Of a stretch of 6,099 nt of DNA, positions 1-4,948 are shown piece by piece; within the stretch, counting starts at the first letter, position 1; each line of letters begins with the position of its first letter. Under the pieces are notes generated by a model. The model worked only from the letters and a program-made list of their open reading frames with translations, did no database searches and had not been told where the DNA came from. The translations under genes were made by a program, and so were the position numbers. The stretch is from an archaeon (GTDB lineage Archaea > Iainarchaeota > Iainarchaeia > Iainarchaeales > CSSED10-239). The stretch spans positions 1 to 6,099 of the forward strand of contig JBAWVI010000059.1 of NCBI GenBank assembly GCA_037147375.1. Direction: 5' to 3'.

Positions 1-23
1 AATTGAAAATAAAAAAAATTAAA
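1..23 (-). terminator. T-rich tract downstream of the 24..620 gene (possible oligo-T terminator)
   Basis: The minus strand immediately after the TAA stop (26..24) reads TTTAATTTTTTTTATTTTCAATT, with a T8 run at 18..11. No hairpin is visible. The tract is truncated by the window edge, and T-runs are common in this AT-rich DNA. Confidence 0.3.
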
Positions 24-620
24 TTATTGATTGTATTTAACTTTCAATTTATTATATATTTCATAAAATTTAGATAAATCGTTAGATGATTTTTGGGTTT
101 CATTAAACCAATTTGTATTTATTATTTTTTTCATAATATTTAAAATTGTGGTTATATAATTTTGGTTTGAATTATCTTTTGATAAAATTAAATTTAACTC
201 TTCCATAAAATTAACTTGTTTATTTGATTCATTAACAATTTTTAATGTATTAATATAATTTTCTAGTGTTTTTGTAATTGTTTCAGAATCAACATCAATA
301 AAATCTTTTTTATATTCTACTGTCCAATTACCTTTATTTTTCCAATTATGTGTTGGATTTTTACCAGTCTCAAAATATTCAATTAATTCTGTTTCAGATC
401 CTATTGGAAGAATTAATGAATTTTTACCTGATTTTATGTATGGTGTATTTGATACAACTCCATTTCTAAAATAATTATATATCTTTGTACTCTTTTTAGT
501 AACATTTTGGTTATATCCATATATAGATCTAAAAACTTTTTGATATAAATATGATGAATGAGCTGTATTTTCTTCAAAAGAAAATTTATATTTAATTAAT
601 ACAGATCTTATTTTAGTCAT
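24..620 (-). CDS. hypothetical protein (198 aa from ATG 620; the ORF extends to a GTG at 638)
   Basis: This is a long open frame in AT-rich DNA where stops are frequent. ATG at 620..618 is preceded by GGGGTG (634..629) with an 8-nt spacer. The GTG at 638 has only an AGGAG 2 nt away, which is too close. The N-terminal half looks like a mixed alpha/beta domain (VLIKYKFSF ... YLYQKVFRSIYGY ... SLILPIGSETELIEYFE) and the C-terminal half looks helical. I do not recognise a family. Confidence 0.6.
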   Translation of the reverse strand: MTKIRSVLIKYKFSFEENTAHSSYLYQKVFRSIYGYNQNVTKKSTKIYNYFRNGVVSNTPYIKSGKNSLILPIGSETELIEYFETGKNPTHNWKNKGNWTVEYKKDFIDVDSETITKTLENYINTLKIVNESNKQVNFMEELNLILSKDNSNQNYITTILNIMKKIINTNWFNETQKSSNDLSKFYEIYNKLKVKYNQ

Positions 621-675
621 ATATGAGACACCCCACACTTCTCCTATTAGTTATTATTAATAAATAAGTATTTGT

Positions 676-709
676 TATGTATATGTATATATATATTTGT
701 ATATAAATT
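676..709 (-). promoter_or_regulatory. TA-rich low-complexity tract with a TATA-box-like element upstream of the 24..620 gene
   Basis: TGTATA occurs three times (678-683, 684-689, 698-703) around a (TA)4 run. The minus strand reads AATTTATATACAAA, with TTTATATA at 707..700. This would give a 5' leader of about 55-60 nt. The AT-rich background makes the call weak. Confidence 0.3.
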
Positions 710-723
710 TTATTAAATTTATC

Positions 724-760
724 TAAAAATAAAGAAAAAAGAAGATAATTTTATCTTCTT
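724..760 (-). terminator. hairpin plus U-tract terminator of the PRC-barrel gene
   Basis: The arms AAGAAGATAA (739-748) and TTATCTTCTT (751-760) are perfect reverse complements separated by TT. The realistic structure is a 9-bp stem with a 4-nt loop. On the minus-strand RNA the hairpin is followed by UUUUCUUUAUUUUU. The 5' arm of the hairpin is formed by the last codons (GRR) plus the TAA stop of the gene. The stem has only 2 G-C pairs. Confidence 0.45.
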
Positions 761-1125
761 CCTGATGCTGCTGTTGAATATTTACTTCTATATCCTATGT
801 ATTTCTTTCTAATACTTGCATCTCTAGGATTTTCTTGTTCTTCATCTGCTTCAGGAGCAACCATCTTTGGTTTTTGTGCTGTTGGAACGTTTCCTGCATT
901 AATTAAGATGATATCATCAACAGAAATTACTTTATTATATGGTATACTATGATCAGTTATTATCTTCTTAGCTTCAACCTTTGAATTAACCTTAAGTGGT
1001 TGTGTTGTTATTGTTTCAATAACACCTTGCTCTAAGTTAACTATGAGATCATGTACTTTTCCTCTATATGTAGCGTCTGTTTGATATAAATCCATACCAA
1101 ATAGCTTTGAAATTCTTGTAGTCAT
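751..1125 (-). CDS. PRC-barrel domain protein (124 aa) with a charged, probably disordered C-terminal tail
   Basis: There is a strong SD, GGAGGAA (1137..1131), 5 nt before ATG 1125. The N-terminal ~80 aa (ISKLFGMDLYQTDATYRGKVHDLIVNLEQGVIETITT ... IPYNKVISVDDIILIN) match the pattern of stand-alone PRC-barrel proteins. The tail runs from acidic (APEADEEQENPRD) to basic (IRKKYIGYRSKYSTAASGRR). Confidence 0.85.
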   Translation of the reverse strand: MTTRISKLFGMDLYQTDATYRGKVHDLIVNLEQGVIETITTQPLKVNSKVEAKKIITDHSIPYNKVISVDDIILINAGNVPTAQKPKMVAPEADEEQENPRDASIRKKYIGYRSKYSTAASGRR

Positions 1126-1154
1126 TTTTATTCCTCCAATTAAATATTATTTTT

Positions 1155-1175
1155 TTGTATACTAATGTTATACAA
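1155..1175. promoter_or_regulatory. 7-bp inverted repeat (TTGTATA-N7-TATACAA) in the PRC-barrel gene promoter region; candidate operator
   Basis: TTGTATA (1155-1161) and TATACAA (1169-1175) are exact reverse complements. The repeat lies between a minus-strand TATA-like TTTAAAAATA (1187..1178) and the SD at 1137..1131. Short AT-only inverted repeats occur easily by chance here. Confidence 0.3.
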
Positions 1176-1244
1176 CATATTTTTAAACACATTTATTTAA
1201 TTTATTATCATTTATTCTTATTTTTATTTACTTATTGAATAATA

Positions 1245-1802
1245 TTACTTTTTGTGTCTATTTTTCCACATTTCTTTGAATGTTTCCTTAAGATGTTCAT
1301 ATATATCTTTATTAATTTTTTGTTCATCCATTAATTGGCGAATATACATTTGTGTGTTTTCTGTTTCTGTTCTTTCCTCTAATTTTTTAATTTTTTCTGC
1401 ATTTTTCTTAATTTCAAGTTCATGGAATCTAATTAATTTTAATAATCCTTCTTCTTTATCTTTCAATTCTAATATTCCTTTATTTTTATTATACCATGCA
1501 TCATATGTTTGTTCAAATTCTTTTTTTGCTTCTTTAAGAAATTTAAGTTCTGTTTCTATACTTTTTTCATGTTCAAGTGTTTGAGCTGTTCTATTGTGTT
1601 TTTCCTCTAATCTCTTAAGTGCATTAGTTTTTTCTTCTATTTTTTGTTTATAAAAATTTATGCTTTCTGCATGTTTCTTTCTTTTTGTTACTAATTCTCT
1701 TAATTCTGTAAATGTTGGTTTTTTTATTGTTTTTGGTTTAATTATTTCTATTTTCTTTTTAGATTTTAGTTTATTTATTATTTTATTTATTTTTTTTCCC
1801 AT
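1245..1802 (-). CDS. lysine-rich coiled-coil protein (185 aa), function unknown
   Basis: ATG 1802 is preceded by AGGATGTGATC (1818..1808), a 10/11 match to the canonical AGGAGGTGATC, with a 5-nt spacer. The protein is about 23% Lys (42 of 185 by my count). It has a basic N-terminus (MGKKINKIINKLKSKKKIEIIKPKTIKK) followed by long heptad-like K/E/L helices. Confidence 0.75.
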   Translation of the reverse strand: MGKKINKIINKLKSKKKIEIIKPKTIKKPTFTELRELVTKRKKHAESINFYKQKIEEKTNALKRLEEKHNRTAQTLEHEKSIETELKFLKEAKKEFEQTYDAWYNKNKGILELKDKEEGLLKLIRFHELEIKKNAEKIKKLEERTETENTQMYIRQLMDEQKINKDIYEHLKETFKEMWKNRHKK

Positions 1803-1913
1803 AATTTGATCACATCCTTATATAGTGTAATAATTAATATTAATAAGTAGAATGTTATGTTTAAAAAGTTAATTGTTGTTATGTAGTAAATAATGAGTAG
1901 GCTTGGCCTTAAC

Positions 1914-1922
1914 AAAAAAAAA
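1914..1922 (-). terminator. T9 run (minus strand) downstream of the coiled-coil gene; candidate oligo-T terminator of the HD-xerA-coiled-coil transcript
   Basis: A9 on the plus strand at 1914-1922 lies about 26 nt past the TAA stop at 1950..1948. I found no preceding hairpin. This is the first long T-run after three closely spaced genes. Confidence 0.35.
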
Positions 1923-1947
1923 CAATACAGGAACTATGGGGTGCGGC

Positions 1948-2448
1948 TTATTTGTTCTTTTTTATAATACTTAATTTTTTAAATAAATTACTATAACTGC
2001 CTTTTAGATCTTCTTTTGTTATTAGATCCTCTTTAAGATAAGCCATTAAACTTAATATTTCATCATCAATTTTTTTAATTTGGTTTTTTATTGCATCTTC
2101 TCTTCTTTTGAATTCAATATATTTCTTATATTCTGTTGATTGTCTAATATTTTGATTAGCATCAGTTATTTGTTTATTGTATTTTATACTAACTTTATTT
2201 ATTTTTTCTTGTGTTTCTTGTAGTAATTTATATAGTTTTTGTTTATTTTTACTTAGATTATGTAATACTCCATTTATTTTTCTACTTTCTTGCACTATCC
2301 AAGTTCTTTTGCTTTTTATTTCTCTTAATGCAATTGTACTTTCTTTTTTACGATCTTCATATTTTTCACTTGTTTTTTCATTAACTTTTTTTATTTTTTT
2401 ATTAAATCTATTAGTTCCTAATTTTAATCTATAGTTTCCAAGTCCCAT
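1948..2448 (-). CDS. lysine-rich coiled-coil protein (166 aa), function unknown, co-transcribed with xerA
   Basis: ATG 2448 is preceded by AGGTGAT (2458..2452) inside the 18-nt gap after the xerA stop. The sequence is dominated by K/E/Q/N/I heptad-like helices (KLYKLLQETQEKINKVSIKYNKQITDANQNIRQ ... IKNQIKKIDDEILSLMAYLKEDL). No enzymatic motif is visible. Confidence 0.75.
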   Translation of the reverse strand: MGLGNYRLKLGTNRFNKKIKKVNEKTSEKYEDRKKESTIALREIKSKRTWIVQESRKINGVLHNLSKNKQKLYKLLQETQEKINKVSIKYNKQITDANQNIRQSTEYKKYIEFKRREDAIKNQIKKIDDEILSLMAYLKEDLITKEDLKGSYSNLFKKLSIIKKNK

Positions 2449-2466
2449 AAAATCACCTTTTATAAA

Positions 2467-3318
2467 TTACATGTTATCCAATGGATTTTTAATTTCTTTT
2501 AATTTATTTGTATTTACTTTTGTGTATATCTGGGTTGTATTTAGATTCGCATGTCCTAATAGTTGTTGTATATATCTTATATTCACATCATTTTCTAGAA
2601 GAGAGGTTGCAAATGAATGTCTTAATTTATGTGGGCTTACTGCTTTATTTATTCCTGCTTTTTTTGCAGATATTTTTAAAAATTTTTGTATTGTGTCTGG
2701 AGAAAGAGTTTCACCCTCTTGATTACAAAATAAATATTCTGATTTTTGTTTTTCTTCCCTATTCTTTAAATAGGTTTTATAATCTTCAACCCAATTTTTA
2801 GATAAAATAATTATTCTATCTTTATTTCCTTTTCCAGATACAACTTTTCCTGTATATTCGTTGAAATCTAAATCATTTATTTTCATATTTATACATTCTG
2901 AAATTCTAACACCTGTTGAAAACATAAATTCTATAATTAGTTTATTTCTTGTACTGTCTGTTGCATTAATTAGTTCCTTTATTTCTTTTGGGGTTAAAGT
3001 TATTGGTATTTTATTTGATTTTTTTGGTAATTTTATATTTAGTTCAATTGGAGTTCTTAAAAATTCAGAATAAAAATGTTTTATAGCTGAAAGTATTAGA
3101 TTAAGAGTAGAGGAACTAGCCCCCCTATCAGATTTTAAATAAGACAAGAAATTAATAATATCTTCCGATTTAACTTCTTTTAAATCTTTTTTAATGTGTT
3201 TTTGAAATATTGTTAAATATAGTGAATAAGTTGAAATTGTTTTTTCACTAAAACCCTCTATATTTAATTCATTTTTAAATTTATTAATTAACTCTATATT
3301 TTTTTCTTCATCACTCAT
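2467..3318 (-). CDS. xerA: Xer-type tyrosine site-specific recombinase (XerA/XerC/XerD family)
   Basis: The N-terminal SAM-like core-binding domain reads FSEKTISTYSLYLTIFQKHI ... INFLSYLKSDRGASSSTLNLILSAIKHFY. The complete catalytic set is present: R (TGVRISE), K (GKGNKDRII), H-x-x-R (HKLRHSFATSLLE), H (LLGHANLNTT) and the Tyr nucleophile (TQIYTKV). The size (about 283 aa) is typical of Xer. I prefer ATG 3318; the ORF track starts at TTG 3327, which would overlap the upstream stop as TTGA. Confidence 0.9.
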   Translation of the reverse strand: MSDEEKNIELINKFKNELNIEGFSEKTISTYSLYLTIFQKHIKKDLKEVKSEDIINFLSYLKSDRGASSSTLNLILSAIKHFYSEFLRTPIELNIKLPKKSNKIPITLTPKEIKELINATDSTRNKLIIEFMFSTGVRISECINMKINDLDFNEYTGKVVSGKGNKDRIIILSKNWVEDYKTYLKNREEKQKSEYLFCNQEGETLSPDTIQKFLKISAKKAGINKAVSPHKLRHSFATSLLENDVNIRYIQQLLGHANLNTTQIYTKVNTNKLKEIKNPLDNM

Positions 3319-3323
3319 AAATA

Positions 3324-4229
3324 TCAACTCTTTTGAGGTGGGTTGTCCAACAAATATAACAACTTATTTTTATAAATATATTTTGGATTTACACTTCTTT
3401 TCTTGCCAGTAAATCCTGTGTATTTATCTGGTATTTTAAAAGAATTTGTTTCTAATTTTCTAATATTTTTAATAATTTCTTTATCTTTTGATTTTTTAAT
3501 CTTTTCAAGTATATAATCATCTGTTTTATAAAAATCATCATCTATAATCAATTCTAGTTTAATTGCTTGCTTTAAGATTTTTACAAATATGTTATATTTC
3601 ATTGTGTGTTTTACTCCACCCCAATAATTTTCAGCATAAAATTTATATATATTATAAAATGCTTCTGCGGATTCTTTATTTTTAAAAACAATTTCATTAT
3701 TTATTACTTTTAGATCATTAAATAATTTTTTTGCAAGTTTATTATCTTTTTCAAGTGCTACATTTTCTCTAAGTGTGTAATCAATTCTGTCTGCGCAAAG
3801 GTCTGGTGAATTTCTTTCAAGTAGCTTAAAATTATTAAAATTAATTATATCTTCTAGTTCATACCCATATTTATTTAATATACTCTTAATTTCTTTATCT
3901 TTATTTAACCATTCATAGAAAATGTTATCTCCATGAGATTCTGTTTTATTATTAATATAGTAATCATATACATGGGAGAAGGCCATATGTGATATATCAT
4001 GTAATAGTCCTGCAATTCTTTCCTTTAATGGAGTCCCAAGCTTATCAAGTAATATCATTACACCTACACTGTGATCATATCTAGTATATTCAACCCCATA
4101 GTGCCATTCTTTAGGTAGTCCTTGTTGTCTAATTCCTTTTAATCTTTGAATTGCAGATGTATTAATTAGATCTATAATTATCTTTTCTTTAATTTTGTAT
4201 TTACCATAGATTTTATCTGTTACTTCCAC
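3324..4229 (-). CDS. HD-domain metal-dependent phosphohydrolase, SAMHD1/EF1143-like (COG1078-type), putative dNTP triphosphohydrolase, short form (301 aa)
   Basis: The GTG start at 4229 has GGAG (4241..4238) 8 nt upstream and an in-frame stop just above, so it cannot be extended. The motifs match COG1078: N-terminal D-x-IYG ... LINTSAIQRLKGIRQQG, then RYDHSVGV (H53), GLLHDISHMAFSH (H77-D78) and DLCADRIDYTLRE (D147). Confidence 0.85.
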   Translation of the reverse strand: MEVTDKIYGKYKIKEKIIIDLINTSAIQRLKGIRQQGLPKEWHYGVEYTRYDHSVGVMILLDKLGTPLKERIAGLLHDISHMAFSHVYDYYINNKTESHGDNIFYEWLNKDKEIKSILNKYGYELEDIINFNNFKLLERNSPDLCADRIDYTLRENVALEKDNKLAKKLFNDLKVINNEIVFKNKESAEAFYNIYKFYAENYWGGVKHTMKYNIFVKILKQAIKLELIIDDDFYKTDDYILEKIKKSKDKEIIKNIRKLETNSFKIPDKYTGFTGKKRSVNPKYIYKNKLLYLLDNPPQKS

Positions 4230-4255
4230 ATAACCAACTCCAATAATAAACTCTA

Positions 4256-4284
4256 TTTATATTATGCCGAATTAATAATATAAA
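4256..4284. repeat. perfect 10-bp inverted repeat with a 9-nt spacer (TTTATATTAT-GCCGAATTA-ATAATATAAA); candidate dif-like recombinase site or palindromic divergent TATA/operator
   Basis: Arms 4256-4265 and 4275-4284 are exact reverse complements. The spacer carries GCCG, one of the few G+C clusters in the intergenic region. The repeat sits 27-55 bp upstream of the HD-xerA operon start. The repeat itself is certain; its function is not. Confidence 0.6.
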
Positions 4285-4392
4285 CCTAACGTTCCTAAAT
4301 TTGTTAGTTTATCTACTACTTTCTTCTAATTTTCAATAAAAACAAAACACATGGGAGAAGGTATAAAAAGGCAACTGTGTATTAATCTATAA

Positions 4393-4412
4393 CCTTAAAA
4401 TTTTATTTTTTT
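4393..4412 (+). promoter_or_regulatory. AT-rich TATA-like element close to the cobO start (possible leaderless or short-leader promoter)
   Basis: CTTAAAATTTTATTTTTTTG lies about 10-28 nt upstream of ATG 4421. No Shine-Dalgarno sequence precedes cobO, whereas every other gene in the window has one. That fits a very short or absent leader. Confidence 0.25.
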
Positions 4413-4420
4413 GATTATTT

Positions 4421-4924
4421 ATGTTTTCAATATACACAGGGGAAGGTAGGGGTAAGACAACAGCTAGTTTAGGTTTATTAGTTAGAGCAAAAGGAGCTGG
4501 ACTTAATTGTTATTTAGTTAAATTCCTTAAGAAACAAAAAAGTAGTGAAGATAAGATTTTATCAAAAATTAAAATTACACATAAAGAATTTGGATCAAAT
4601 AAATTTATTATTAATAAACCTAGTAAAAAAGATAAAGAAGAAACACTAAAAGCAATAAAACAAATATATACAATAATTAATACAAAAAACGTAAATTTAT
4701 TAGTTCTTGATGAAATAAATTTAGTTATCTATTATAATCTAATAACGATTAAAGAAGCAATAAATATAGTTAAAGAATGTAAAAATAAAAATATAGAGTT
4801 AGTTTTTACTGGAAGATATGCAAATAAAGAATTAATAAAGATTGCAGATTTAGTTTCAGAGATTAAAGAAATAAAGCATTACTATAACCAAGGAATAAAA
4901 GCTAGAAAAGGATTTGAATATTAA
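4421..4924 (+). CDS. cobO: ATP:cob(I)alamin (corrinoid) adenosyltransferase, CobA/CobO/BtuR family (167 aa)
   Basis: The P-loop IYTGEGRGKTTASLGLLVRAKGAG aligns with FTGNGKGKTTAAFG of enteric CobA. Further family motifs are LLVLDEINLVIYY (VLDE), VFTGRYANKELIKIADLVSEIKEIKHYYNQGIKARKGFEY (ITGR ... LADTVSE ... KH ... G-x-A ... G-x-D/E-Y) and the C-terminal end. The gene ends in a tandem TAATAA stop. Confidence 0.9.
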   Translation: MFSIYTGEGRGKTTASLGLLVRAKGAGLNCYLVKFLKKQKSSEDKILSKIKITHKEFGSNKFIINKPSKKDKEETLKAIKQIYTIINTKNVNLLVLDEINLVIYYNLITIKEAINIVKECKNKNIELVFTGRYANKELIKIADLVSEIKEIKHYYNQGIKARKGFEY

Positions 4925-4948
4925 TAAAACACATAAGAAGGAATTACC

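Noticed and set aside
1252-1584. 110-aa plus-strand ORF antisense to the 185-aa coiled-coil gene
   Set aside because: Its translation is low-complexity F/L/S/I/C-rich sequence, as expected from reading the complement of a K/E/N-rich gene. It has no RBS and lies wholly inside a better-supported gene with a near-consensus SD.
1888-1947. tRNA or other small RNA gene in the G+C-enriched part of the 1803-1947 spacer
   Set aside because: There is no T-loop (GTTCRANNC) or D-loop signature, no cloverleaf-compatible stems, and only a 4-bp mini-palindrome. It is kept as a low-interest finding rather than a feature.
2177-2434. 85-aa plus-strand ORF antisense to the 166-aa coiled-coil gene
   Set aside because: It is the same kind of artefact: an F/L/S-rich shadow ORF with no RBS, nested in a supported gene.
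2471-3073. Three plus-strand ORFs (2471..2722, 2508..2801, 2861..3073) antisense to xerA
   Set aside because: These are shadow ORFs opposite a gene with a complete tyrosine-recombinase catalytic signature. Their translations are hydrophobic low-complexity strings without motifs.
2467-3327. The tyrosine recombinase as a phage or island integrase marking a mobile element
   Set aside because: The size, the SAM-like N-domain and the XerC/D-like C-terminal motifs (RHSFATSLLE..., LLGH..., TQIYTKV) fit a housekeeping Xer better than a large phage integrase. No tRNA, flanking long direct repeats, or phage, plasmid or transposase genes are in the window. This is not fully excluded, because the left boundary of any island would lie outside the window.
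4285-4420. Possible cobalamin riboswitch in the leader of the cobO-nrdJ operon
   Set aside because: This was an attractive idea given the genes, but I see no B12-box-like G+C-rich core and no candidate G-C stems. The available length (about 100-135 nt of very AT-rich DNA) is short for this class. An Infernal/Rfam scan would settle it.
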